Positions 25,791-38,039 of a stretch of 64,000 bases of DNA are shown piece after piece. The notes under the pieces are model-generated. The model had not been told where the DNA came from. It saw nothing but the letters and a program-made list of their open reading frames with translations, and did not search any database. This DNA is from Malacoraja senta (taxonomy: Eukaryota): NCBI GenBank assembly GCA_038087875.1, contig JAXLNO010000424.1, positions 124,001 to 188,000 on the forward strand, in the 5' to 3' direction. Made by a program: the position numbers and the translations under genes. Each line of letters begins with the position of its first letter. Within the stretch, counting starts at the first letter, position 1.

Positions 25791-26552
25791 GCACTGCTCC
25801 CATCCACAGCCCAGGACCACTGCTCCCCTCCACAGCCCAGGACCACTGCTCCCATCCACATCCCAGGACCACTGCTCCCATCCACAGCCCAGGACCACTG
25901 CTCCCATCCACAGCCCAGGACCACTGCTCCCATCCACAGCCCATGACCACTGCTCCCATCCACAGCCCAGGACCACTGCTCCCATCCACAGCCCAGGACC
26001 ACTGCTCACATCCTCAGCCCAGGACCACTGCTCCCATCCACAGCCCTGGACCACTGCTCCCATCCACAGCCCAGGACCACTGCTCCCATCCACAGCCCAG
26101 GACCACTGCTCCCATCCACAGCACAGGACCACTGCTCCCATCCACAGCCCAGGACCACTGCTCCCATCCACAGCCCAGGACCACTGCTCCCATCCACAGC
26201 CCAGGACCACTGCTCACATCCACAGCCCAGGACCACTGCTCCCATCCACAGCCCAGGACCACTGCTCCCATCCACAGCCCAGGACCACTGCTCCCATCCA
26301 CAGCACAGGACCACTGCTCCCATCCACAGCCCAGGACCACTGCTCCCATCCTCAGCCCAGGACCACTGCTCCGATCCACAGCCCAGGACCACTGCTCCCA
26401 TCCACAGCCCAGGACCACTGCTCCCATCCACAACACAGGACCACTGCTCCCATCCACAGCCCAGGACCACTGCTCCCATCCACAGCCCAGGACCACTGCT
26501 CCCATCCACAGCCCAGGACCACTGCTCCCATCCACAGCCCAGGACCACTGCA
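25791..26552. repeat. 26-bp minisatellite CCACAGCCCAGGACCACTGCTCCCAT, about 29 copies
   Basis: Near-identical contiguous units with no spacers. Confidence 0.97.
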
Positions 26553-26789
26553 CTCAGACACTCCCACAACTCCCCCTTTTATACACAGCAGCTGACAATT
26601 TTCTAATCAGCTTCAATCAAGCTGATTACCACATTAACCCTTCGCCCACCAGTGGTCAATCAATGTTTGTTGCACACATCATGATATCCACCTGGGGCAG
26701 TGTTTGTCTGCAGGACAATAATTGCCCTCCGACTTGTTGCTTTTTACACAAAGTGGCTGCTTGCATTTCCGTAAGTCAGAGACGACACA

Positions 26790-27270
26790 CAGAAACAGAA
26801 TTAGGCCTTCGGCCCATCGAGTCTACCCCACCATTCAATCATGGCTGATCTATCTCTCCCTCCTAACCCCATTCTCCTGCCTTCTCCCCATAACCCCTGA
26901 CACCCGCACTCATCAACAATCTATCTATCTATCTCTGCCTTAAATATATCCACTGACTTGTGGCCTCCACCGCCATCTGTGGCAATGAATCCCACAGATT
27001 CACCACATTCTGGCTAAAGAATTTCCTCCTCATCTCCTTCCTAAAGGAAAGTCCTTTAAATCTGAGGCTGTGCCCTCTGGTCCTAGACTCTCCCACTAGT
27101 GGAAACATCCTCTCCACATCCACTCTATCCGGGCCTTTCACTGTTCGGTGACGTTTCAATGTCCCCCCCCCCCCACCCCAATCTTCTAAACTCCAGCGAG
27201 TACAGGCCCAGCGCCGACAAACGCTCATCGTACGTTCACCCACTCGTTCCTGGGATCGTTCTTGTAAACG
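26790..27270 (-). mobile_element. CR1 3' fragment
   Basis: RMFPLVGESRTRGHSL..VVNLWDSLPQ. Confidence 0.85.
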
Positions 27271-27717
27271 CTAACTCTTTTGTCTTGCTGATGTTGAGGA
27301 ATGGATTGTTATCCTGACACTATGTGCAGGAGTGGGCCATTCGGCCCTTCACGACAGAAGGTTCCCAATGTCTTTCCCATATTCTATCTCATCGTTGCTG
27401 CTCATGTGGCTGAAATACTGTTCTGACCAGTCGACGGACGTCTGGATCCCACTGGCCTGAGACCCGGCCACAAGTTGTGGGTGGCAAGGTCATGACCCCG
27501 AGGGACATTGGTGTCAAGGGTCACGGTGGAGGGAATGTTCTGACCAATTCTAACGTCTGAGAAGTGAATAGTGGTGATTTGTTAATTCATCATGGCTGAA
27601 GCAGGTGGGCTCACTTCTGACTAGCCTTTACTGTGGACATTTAAACAGGAAAAGTAAACTTTCTTTATTAACAATGAATGACCCAGAGAAAGGAGAATGT
27701 TACTCTTGGAAGTTCAT

Positions 27718-28045
27718 AGAGTCACAGCATGGAAACAGGCCCTTCCTTCGGCCCAACTTGCCCACCCCGACCAACATGCCCCATCTACACTTGTCCCACC
27801 CCGACCAACATGCCCCATGTACACTAGTCCCACCCCGACCAACATGCCCCATCTACACTAGTCCCACCCCGACCAACATGCCCCATCTACACTAGTCCCA
27901 CCTGCCCGCGTTTGGCCCATATCCCTCCAAACCTGTCCTATCCAAGTGTCTCTTAAACATTGTGATAGTCCCAGCCTCAACTACCTCCTCCAGCAGCTCA
28001 TTCCATACACCCACCACCCTCTGTGTGGAAAAGTTGCCCCTCAGA
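27718..28045 (-). mobile_element. CR1 3' end with a 33-bp minisatellite expansion
   Basis: TQRVVGVWNEL..GYGPNAGRWD; same unit as 3715-3985. Confidence 0.8.
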
Positions 28046-28124
28046 TTGACATTATTAATGTGAACCATTTGTGCACAACTCTGCTGGTGTGAGTAATAAA
28101 TGAAATGATAGATAGCAAAAATAC

Positions 28125-28420
28125 AGTTGTGCAGCGGTAGAGTTGCTGCCTCACAGCGCCAGAGACCCGGGTTCCATCCTGAATACGGGAGCTGTCTGTA
28201 CGGAGTTTGCACGTTCTCCCCGTGACCGGCGTGGGTTTTCTCCGGGTGCTCCGGTTTCCTTCCGCAATCGAAAGACCTGCTGGTTTGTAGGTTAATTGGC
28301 TTCTGTAAAATTGTCCCTAATGTGTGTAGGATGGAGTTAGTGTACGGGGTGATCACTGGTCGGCGATGACTCGATGTGCCGAAGGGCCTGTTTCCGTGCA
28401 GTATCCCTAAAATCTAAACA
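28125..28420 (+). mobile_element. HE1-like V-SINE
   Basis: tRNA-like head, V-domain and CR1-derived tail GCCGAAGGGCCTGTTTCC. Confidence 0.85.
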
Positions 28421-29389
28421 ATACCCGGTGACTTGGCCTCCACCGCCCTCTGTGGCAATGAATTCCAGATTCACCACCCTCCGGCTGAAGAAATTCCTCC
28501 TCATCTCCTTTCTAAAGGCATGAGTGGGAAAGGCAGTGAGGGTGAGGGGCCAGACGTGGGCATGTGGGACTAGCTTCGATAGGCATGGCTGTGTGTTTCT
28601 GTGATGTGGGAGTGACGGGGCTCAACAGGGTAGTAGTTTGATGCTTCAGCCTGCAGCAACCCAGGAGAACTGTGTTCCAGATGCTTCATTAGTTTGTTGT
28701 TCTGCACATCGATCGGGAGACGATGAAATCACCCGTTCACACGCAGCCGCCAGAGCAAACAGTGTACATACAGTGATGACAAACGCAATAAATGCAATAT
28801 CCAGTGAAGAACAGTGCAAGATTGTGTCCCAGAAAGCCCGGGGTAGCACGGACGAGAGTGGCCGAATGGCCTGTCGCCGGGCAGGGCGACCACCGACGCT
28901 GTCCGTGTGGAGTTTGCTCGCTTCCCCCTCCGTGGTGGACCAGATGCGGGTCGGGGCAGGGGAGACGAGCTCAGCCTTCCAAGCCTCAATCCAAGCTCAG
29001 CCTTCCTCCCGCGCATCCTAGCCCCGACGGGCCGAGTGCCGCCGCCTTCCTCCCCGGACAACCGAGGGGAAAAACACAGACGAAACCTGTTCCAACCACC
29101 CGAATCCCCCAGGGAATGTCCCTGTCCTGTCCTGTCTTTGAAATCAAGCCGTCACAATTGTGCACGATCAGTCAGCATTATCCTTTTTTTAATATATAGA
29201 CAAAAGCTGATCAAGTTCAAGTTGGAATTTATTGTCACATGCACCAATTATGGTACAGTGATATTTGAGTTACCATACAGCCATACTGAGTAAAAAGCAA
29301 CAAGACACACAGCCACATAAAATAAAATCTAACATAAACATCCACACAGCGGAATCACATTGAATGGCGGTGCTGGCTGGAAGGGCCAA

Positions 29390-29728
29390 AGTTCTCACCA
29401 CGGATGGCTGACCTGCTGAGTACTACCGGCACTTTAGAGGGGAATGGACAGGCGACGTGTCGGGTCTGGACCATTCTTTGGACTGATGGAGTCGGGGGAG
29501 AAAGCTGGAATAAAGAGATGCGGTTGGGACAGACTCCAGGACTTGATTAGGAGGGGGGTGTTTCCTTAATTTGGAGAATTCAATGTTCATGTCATTGGGC
29601 TGTAAGCTATGAGGTGCTGTTCCTCCAATTTGCGTGTCACCTCACTCTGGCAATGGAGGAGGCCCAGGACAGGAACATCAGTGTGGGAGTAGAAAGGGGA
29701 GTTAAAATGGTTGGGAACCGGGAGATCC
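29390..29728 (-). mobile_element. Decayed Penelope 3' end (endonuclease C-terminus plus terminus)
   Basis: DLPVPNHFNSPFYSHTDVPVLGLLHCQSEVTRKLEEQHLI..MNIEFS. Confidence 0.75.
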
Positions 29729-30504
29729 AGTTCTGACCTTCTCCATAATTATATTGAAACTAATGGTATTGTGATCACTGGACCGGAAGTGCTCCCCAAC
29801 ACATACCTCCGTCAACTGACCTGTCTCATTTCCTAACAGGAGGTCCAGCACGGCCCCTTCTCTAGTAGGTACCTCTATGTATTGCTGCAAAAATCTATCC
29901 TGCACACATTTTACAAACTCCAAACCATCCAGCCCTTTTACAGAATATGTTTCCCAGTCTATGTGACCCGTTAATCCCTACTCTGTGTTTCCTGTCTGCC
30001 AACCAATTTTCTATCCGTGTCAGCACTCTACCCCCAATGCCCTTTGCCCTAAATTTGCCCACTAATCTCCTATGTGGGACCTTATCAAATGCTTTCTGAA
30101 AGTCCAGGTACACTACATCCACTGGCTCTCCCTTGTCCATTTTCCTAGTTACAGCCTCAAAAAATTCCAGAAGATTAGTCAAGCATGATTTCCCCTTCGT
30201 AAATCCATGCTGACTTGGACCGATCCTGTTACTGCTATCCAAATGTTCGGCTATCTCATCTTTTATAATTGACTCCAGCAACTTCCCCACCACCGATGTC
30301 AGGCTAACTGGTCTATAATTCCCTGTTTTCTCTCTCCCGCCTTTCTTAAAAAGTGGGATAACATTAGCTACCCTCCAATCCACAGCAACTGATCCTGAAT
30401 CTATGGAACATTGGAAAATGATCACCAATGTGTCCACAATTTCTAGAGCCATTTCCTTAAGTACTCTGGGATGCAGACTATCAGGCCCAGGGGATTTATC
30501 ATCC

Positions 30505-32707
30505 CAGGGCTCGAAATTAGAGGTTGCCCGGGTGCCACTGACCACTCAAAGCGCCGCCGGGCAACATAAACACCGAGTTATTTTGCCCGGCTTGGCAACC
30601 AGATACTGGTTTGTACCAAAGATAGACACAAAAAACTGGAGTAACTCCGCGGGTCAGGCAGCATCTCTGGAGAAAAGGAACGCGATGTTTTGTGTTGGCG
30701 GCGGCGGCCGTGCGGGGCAAAGATACGAGGTGCGGGGTGACGAAGGGTCGGAGCGAATGACGGGCCCTGAACAGCGGCTCCATCTTCTCCTCCTCCCGTC
30801 CCACGCCCGCCCTGATAAGGGCCGCTGCTTGTAAATCCGCTAACGGCGATAACCGCTTTCAAAACAAACCCTCCCGCACGCCGAGGCCGGAAGGGAGGGA
30901 GGGAGAGGCCTCGGAGTGCGGGAGGGTTTGTTTTGCGCCGTTACCGGATTTACAAGCAGAGGCCCTGATCAGGGTGGGCGGGGTGCGGAAGGAGGAGATG
31001 GAGCCGCCGTCGCGGCCGCTGCTGCCGCTGTTCGGGGCCCGTCATTCGCTCCGACTTGTTTGAAGCAGCTGCACCAAAGATCTTATAGGTATAGGGTCTC
31101 TGAGCTGCACCTTGCTGTTGGCTGGCGGAGGAGGGAGGCGGTGGCGAGGAGTTCCCAACGGCCAAGGCAGCGGGCGATGTTGTCCGAGGAGCGCTGACCT
31201 TCCTTCCTCCCCCCTCTCCCTCTCGCTTGTACGCCCCCTCCACCCCCTTATCCTGGGACCCCTCCACTCCATCCCGCACTGATCCCCATTTCCGCCTCTA
31301 TTCAGTCCTCACTGACATCCCCTGTGCTCCCCTCCACATCTACATCCCCCCCATCTATTCATCCTGCGCTGATCACCCTATCCACCTCGCATTGATTGTC
31401 CTGCCACACCCCCCCCCCATCCATACTACACTGATTCCCCAATTCACCCTGTACTTACCCCTTTCCCATCCATCCTGCACTTCACCTCCATCCATCCTGT
31501 ACTGATCCCCCATCCATCCTGTACTAATCCATGCATTCATCCCGTACTGACCCACCCTCCATTTACCCTGCACCTTCCCCCTTCCCCTCATTCATCCTGT
31601 AGTGATTCACCATTCATCCTGCTCACCCTCCGATCCACACTGTACTGACCCTCCCATTCATCCTGCGTTGATCTCCCACCATTCATCCTGCGCTGATCTC
31701 CCCCCCATCCATCCTGTACTGATCCTCCCATTCAAGAAGAATGGGGGGAACAGTCTGAAGAAGGGTCTTGACCTGAAACGTAGCCTATTTCCTTCGCTCC
31801 ATAGATGCTGCCTCACCCGCTGAGTTTCTCCAGCACTTTTGTCTACCCCCATCCATCCCGTACTGAACCACCCCATTCAACACCACTGACATCCCCGGTG
31901 CTCTCCCCTCACAATTTTACCAACTCCAACCAACACGTACTAATTCACCTGCCTCAATCCATCCATTCTGCCCCAACTGCCTTCTAACCCCCCCCCCCTC
32001 CTATCCACCCCGCACTGATTCGCACACACACCCCTCCCTGACCCGATTGTGCTGGAAATGTCTTCAGAGCGAACATTGACTATGTTTGATAACGGAATGC
32101 AATCAAATGTGTTTTAATTCCCAATGTTATTATTTGTTTTAATCCATAAAGATGGATTAATTAAATTGTGAACACGTGAAACATTACAACCGCAGTGTTC
32201 GATTGTCACTGCTACTGTTGACACGTTATTACAGAATTAATTTTAACGGCAAATCAATGCTCTTAATATGGAGTATCAGTACTGTAGTGGTTTAATGAGA
32301 AACATTCATAACTATACGTACACATATATGTTACCATGGTCCAGGAATTATTGACACAGGTTGATAATACGCTGAATAATCCAACCACATTTTTGTTTGG
32401 AAGTGGAAAGAACTAATAGTGATTGCATTCATTGCAATGTGTAAAAAGAGTTGAGATACTGTCTTATAATTTTGCTGCATGTAATTGTGGGATATATCAT
32501 GTCTTGATTGGTGAATAAGCAGAAATAATATGTGAATGCTTCATTGAGTATAATTCCAACTGGTAACTACACACTTCGTCTGACCACATTATCGCACGCG
32601 TCATGCAAGCCATCTTAAATGACCACCTAAACTGTCTTTTGGCAACCTAAAAAGCTGCCAAGGTTGCCCGGCTGGCAACAGGGAAACAAAGTTAAGCAAG
32701 AGCCCTG
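30505..32707. mobile_element. Non-autonomous hAT-like DNA transposon with a 5-bp TSD (hAT5-type)
   Basis: Termini CAGGGCTC...GAGCCCTG; CATCC at 30500-30504 and 32708-32712; subterminal GGTTGCCCGG/GGCAACC motifs; no transposase ORF. Confidence 0.8.
31753..31786 (+). ncRNA. Hammerhead-like motif (Penelope terminus)
   Basis: GUCUGAAGAAGGGUCUUGACCUGAAACGUAGC. Confidence 0.5.
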
Positions 32708-33360
32708 CATCCTTCAGTCCCATCAGTCTATCCAACACCATTTCCTGCCTAATGTGGATTTCCTTCAGTTCCTCCGTCACCCCAGATCCTCTGGCCACTA
32801 GTACATCAGGAAGATTGTTTGTGTCCTCCTTAGTGAAGACGGATCCAAAGTACCTGTTCAACTCATCTGCCATTTCCTTGTTCCCCATAATAACTTCACC
32901 TTTTTCAGTCTTCAAGAGTCCAACTTTGGTCTTAACTAATGATTTCCTCTTCACGTACGTAAAGAAGGAACAGCAGATGCCGGTTTACAAAGAGAGACAC
33001 AATCTCCTGGAGTAACTTGCACATCTGGAGAGCATGGACAGGCAACATTCTAGGTCAGGACCCTTCTTCAGACTGCTTGGTGTGGGGGGTGGAGAAAGTT
33101 GGAAAGGAGAGGAGGGAGTGGTCGCCTTAGATTCCCTTCCCTCTACAGATGCGCCTGACCTACTGAGTTCCTCCACTGCTTTAGAGGGAAAGGTCAGACG
33201 ACGTTTTGAGTCAGGACCCTTCTTCAGACTGAGTGGAGAGGGTGGGGGGAGGAAGCTGGAAAAGAGAGATGGGGGCTGGACAAAGCCTGGCAAGTGACAG
33301 GTGGACACAAAATTCTGGAGTAACTCAGCGGGACAGGCAGCATCTCTAGAGAGAAGGAAT

Positions 33361-33394
33361 GGGTGACGTTTCAGGTTGAGACCCTTCTTCAGAA
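33361..33394 (-). ncRNA. Hammerhead-like motif with a GUC site
   Basis: UCUGAAGAAGGGUCUCAACCUGAAACGUCACCC. Confidence 0.5.
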
Positions 33395-33467
33395 GTGATA
33401 GGTGGATATAGGTGAGGGAGACAGAAGATACTGCAGATGCTGGAATCTTGCATAGAACACAATTTAG

Positions 33468-33792
33468 TTAGATGCACAGAATCTCTTGCCCAGAGTGGGG
33501 GGATCGAGGACCAGAGGACACGGGTTCAAGGTGAAGGGAAAAAGATTTAAAAGGAAACTGAGGGGTAACCTTTTCACACAGAGGGTGGTGGGAGTATGGA
33601 ACAAACTGTCAGAGGAAGTAGTTGAGGCTGTGACTATCCCAAGAAACAGTTAGACAGTTACATGGATTGGACAAGTTTGGAGGGATATGGACCAAACACA
33701 GGCAGGTAGGTCTAGTGTAGCTGGGACATGTTAGTCGGTGTGGGCAAGTTCGGCCGAAGGGCCTGTTTCCACACTGTATCACTCTATGACTA
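33468..33792 (+). mobile_element. CR1 3' end; paralogue at 62860-63185
   Basis: FTQRVVGVWNKL; GGCCGAAGGGCCTGTTTCC tail. Confidence 0.8.
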
Positions 33793-33793
33793 A

Positions 33794-33990
33794 CACAGAG
33801 TGCTGGAGTAACTCAGCCGGTCAGGCAGCATCTGTGGAGAACATGGATAGGTGACATTCACAGAGTGCTGGAGTAACTCAGCGGGTCAGGCAGCATCTGT
33901 GGAGAACATGGATAGGTGACATTCACAGAGTGCTGGAGTAACTCAGCGGGACAGGCAGCATCTCTGGAGACAAGAAATGGGTGATGTTTC
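33794..33990. repeat. 65-bp tandem repeat of Penelope terminal sequence, 3 copies; paralogue at 63185-63380
   Basis: CACAGAGTGCTGGAGTAACTCAGC starts at 33794, 33859 and 33924. Confidence 0.85.
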
Positions 33991-34213
33991 AGGTCGACAC
34001 TGAAGATGGGTCTCGACCCTGAAACGTTACCCATTCCTTCCAGCATTTTGTGTCTACCTAAACAGCCCCTATCTATCCACGTGGCGGTGTGCCAGGAGGC
34101 TGGAGGAGCGGGCAAAGGACTTGCTGCAGAGCAGGCAGGTGAAGGGGCGCTGGCCGGTGTGGACTCGTCGGTGCTCCAGCAGGCGGTCAAGGCGGGTGAA
34201 ACCCTTGCCACAC

Positions 34214-35506
34214 TCAGCGCACACATGTCTCTCTCCGGTGTGTATCAACTGGTGCTCCCGCAGCCCCCGTGCTCTCTTGTCGCAGAGGGAGCAGCTGCTC
34301 ACCGGTGTGGGTCCGCCGGTGCTGCCGCAACCCCCGTGAGCTGTCAAACTCCTCACCGCAGTACGGGCAGTCGTAGGGCTGGCCACTGGTGTGCACGCAC
34401 TGGTGAGACAGGGCGTGGGAGGCCATGGTAAAGCGCTCTCCACACACTGGGCTGGGGACGGGATGGTCGCCGGTGTGCACCCGCTGGTGGGACAGCAGTC
34501 TGGTGGAGCTGGCGAAGCCCTTGCCGCACTGGGCACAGGTGTATGGGTGCTCGCCGGTGTGGGTGCGCTGGTGCGTCAGCAGGGTGGTGGAGAGGGTGAA
34601 GCCCTTGCCGCACTGGGCGCAGGTGAAGGGGCGCTCGCCGGTGTGGGTGCGCTGGTGGGACAGCAGGGTACCGGACTGGGTGAAGCCCTTGCCGCAGTAG
34701 CTGCAGGTGTAGGGACGCTCGCCGGTGTGGTTGCGCTGGTGGGACAGCAGGTTACCGGAGTGGGTGAAGCCCTTGCCGCAGTAGCTGCAGGTGTAGGGAC
34801 GCTCGCCGGTGTGGGTGCGCTGGTGGGTCAGCAGTTTGCTGGACTGGGTGGAGCCCTTGCCGCAGTAGCTGCAGGTGTAGGGACGCTCGGCGATGTGGTT
34901 GCGCTGGTGGGACAGCAGGGTACCGGACTGTGTGAAGCCCTTGCCGCAGTAGCTGCAGGTGTAGCGACGCTCGCCGTTGTGGATGCGCTGGTGGGACAGC
35001 AGGTTACCGGACTGGGTGAAGCCCTTGCCGCAGTAGCTGCAGGTGTAGGGACGCTCGCCGGTGTGGGTGCGCTGGTGGGACCGCAGGTTGCCGGAGAGGG
35101 CGAAACCCTTGCCGCACTGGACGCAGGTGAAGGGGCACTCGCCGGTGTGGGTGCGCTGATGGGACCGTAGGCTGCCGGAGAGGGTGAAGCCCTTGCCGCA
35201 CTGGACGCAGGTGAAGGGGCGCTCGCCGGTGTGCACCCGCCGGTGGTTCCTCAGCCCCTACAACCGGGCAAAGTTCTTGCCGCAGGTACCGCAGCAATAG
35301 GGCTTCTCGCCAGTGTGAACCCGCTGGTGCATCTTCAGCTGTTTCGCCATCTTGAAGCTCTTGTCGTACTCCGAGCCGTTGAAGGGGCGTTCTCCCATGT
35401 GCACCCGCCGGTGGATGTCCAGCCGGCTCGGGCACCGCCAGGCCTTGCCACACACGTCACATTCATAACGCTTCTCCTTGTTGTGCCCCGTCATGTGGTC
35501 CCCCAT
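34214..35506 (-). pseudogene. C2H2 zinc-finger copy B (14 finger units) with an in-frame TAG at 35258-35260
   Basis: ORFs 35258-35506 and 34214-35236 are in the same frame; finger 2 has lost both Cys; acceptor at 35628. Confidence 0.8.
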
Positions 35507-35710
35507 CGAATCTCAGCCCCTCTAAGCTCAGCCCACACACCGAGCAGATGGGGGTGGGGGGGCTCACCGGCACCCTGGCCGCCCTCAATGGCCGCTCACG
35601 TCCCCGTCTCTCTGTCCACAGCAACAGCTGCAGGAGGGCAACACAGAGGGTCAACAAGCTGGTAAACAGGACATGACTAGCACATTTTGGGTGCATTTAT
35701 GGCGGTGGAA

Positions 35711-35980
35711 ACCCGGGCTCGATCCTGACTACGGGTGCTGTCTGTGCAGAGTTTGCACATTCTCCCCTTGACCTGCTTGGGTTTTTACTCCGGGTGCTCC
35801 AGTTTCCTCCAACATTTCAAAGACGTTCAGGGTTGTAAATTAATCGGACTCCGCAAAATTGTTAAATTGTCCCTGATGTGCGTAGGAAAGTGCTAGTGTA
35901 CGGGGTGATGGCTGGTCGGCGCATAGTCCGTGGGCCGAAAGACCTGTTTCCGCGCTGCATCTCTAAACTAAACTAAACCA
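35711..35980 (+). mobile_element. HE1-like V-SINE (5'-truncated), at the same position relative to the ZF exon as in copies A and C
   Basis: V-domain and (CTAAA)n tail. Confidence 0.8.
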
Positions 35981-36727
35981 AAGAAGGATCTCGACCCAAA
36001 ATGTCACCCATTCCTTCTCTCCACAGATGCTGCCTGACCCGCTGAATTACTCCAGCACTTTGTGTCTATCTTCTCCACAGATGCTGCCTGACCCGCTGAA
36101 TTACTCCAGCACTTTATCGTAGATTCATAGGGTGATACAGCGTTGGAAAGAGGCCCTTCCGCCCAACTCGTACTTGCACTCCTAGATCCCTCGGCTCCAC
36201 ACATTCCGCCAGCGCCCCGCCATTCACAGTGAAGACCCTGCCCTGGTTTGACTTCCTAAACTGCAACACCCTCCCCAACCCCAAACAATGTGACCTCCTC
36301 CCTGTGGCTCCCTGCCCCTTACCCCTGCCACCTCCTGCTCCTTACCCCCCTTTGCTACCTCCCCCCTCCTCCCCACCCCCAAACAATGTGAACCCACCCC
36401 CACCTGGCTCCCTACCCCCTTTCGTGGCTCACTTGACTACTCCATCTCCCCCCCAGTTCCCTGCCCCCGCATTCATCCCCCACGGCACCAAACCCACTCC
36501 CCCTTGAATCCTCCCCCTCCCTTTGCTGCCTGTTTCCCCCCGCTACTCACTTCACCCCCTTTCCACCTCCAGCCACTCACCCCTCTCCTCCCTTCACTTT
36601 CTCTCTCTCTCTCTCTCTCTCTGACAGAAGCAATTCTGTTCCTCAGACTTTTATTAATACATTTTAGGTATGTACTTTTGTAGCAAACTTAACTACCTAG
36701 GCATTTACTTTTAATTTCTATTGCACT

Positions 36728-37658
36728 ATTGCGGATGACACAAAGCTGGGTGGCAGTGTGAACTGTGAAGAGGATGTTAGGAGGTTGCAGGGTGACCTGG
36801 ACAGGTTGAGTGAGTGGGCAGATACCTGGCAGACGCAGTATAATATAGATAAATGTGAGGTTATCCACTTTGGCGGCAAAAACAAGGGGGCAGATTATTA
36901 TCTCAATGGGGTTAGGTTAGGTAAGGGGGAGGTGCAGCGAGACCTGGGTGTCCTTGTACACCGGTCACTGAAAGTTGGCGTGCAGGTACAGGAGGCAGTG
37001 AAGAAAGCTAGTGGAATGTTGGCTTTCATAACAAGAGGATTTCAGTATAGGAGTAAAGAGGTTCTTCTGCAGTTGTATAGGTCTCTGGTGAGACCACATC
37101 TGGAGTATTGTGTACAGTTTTGGTCTCCTAATTTGAGGAAGGACATCCTTGTGATTCAGGCAGTGCAGCGTAGGTTCACGAGATTGATCCCTGGGATGGC
37201 GGGACTGTCATATGAGGAAAGATTGAAAAGACTAGGCTTGTATTCACTGGAGTGTAGAAGGATGAGGGGGTATCTTATGGAAACATATAAAATTATAAAG
37301 GACTGGACAAGCTAGATGCAGGAAACATGTTCCCAATGTTGGGCGAGCCCAGAACCAGGGGCCACAGTCTTAGAATAAAGGGGAGGTCATTTAAGACTGA
37401 GGTGAAAAAAAAAGTTTTCACCCAGAGAGCTGTGAATTTATGGAATTCCCTGACACAGAGGGCAGTGGAGGCCAAATCACTGGATGGATTTAAGAGAGAG
37501 TTAGATAGAGCTCTAGGGGCTAGTGGAGTCAAGGGATATGGGGAGAAGGCAGGCACGGGTTATTGATTGGGGACGATCAGCCATGATCACAATGAATGGC
37601 GGTGCTGGCTCGAAGGGCCGAATGGACTCCTCCTGCACCTATTTTCTATGGTTTCTAT
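36728..37658 (+). mobile_element. CR1 3' part; inverted paralogue at 58598-59320
   Basis: [29 protein letters not shown]; tail. Confidence 0.92.
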
Positions 37659-38039
37659 GCACATGGTGTGTTTTTTTGTCATAATTTTGCCATTTAGCTC
37701 ATACCTGTAGCCTTAGTTTAATACATTTTGGAATAATGCTTTTATAATTTTTACTTAATTCAATGGAACTTTAATTTTGTCATGGTCCTTTCTACCATTT
37801 TGTTTTCTTTTAGCATAATGAATTATGGTTTTTATTTCTAAAATAAACATTTTAAAAAAGCCACAATAGCACAGATACAACCGTTAGATTCAAAACTTTA
37901 TGGACACGGGTTTAAAAGGCAGCCTGAGGATTCATGTGGTTCTTATGAAATGGCAACTTGTGTAATGTCATCACAGCAGATTTAGAATTATTTTACCGAG
38001 GGGTCGGGGTCGGATGTTTTGGGAACGACTCCACAGCCC

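Larger units (their letters stand above)
29729..32950 (-). mobile_element. CR1 ORF2 fragments; the RT part (29966-30504 plus 32708-32950) is split by a DNA transposon
   Basis: [34 protein letters not shown]1 sequence resumes exactly after the insertion. Confidence 0.88.

Noticed and set aside
25791..26552. CRISPR-like array or repeat protein ORFs
   Set aside because: Contiguous 26-bp units with no unique spacers and no cas genes, in eukaryotic context; the ORFs result from a stop-free unit
28640..29150. CpG-rich ORFs (also 1270-1810)
   Set aside because: No recognisable domain, termini or consistent exon structure
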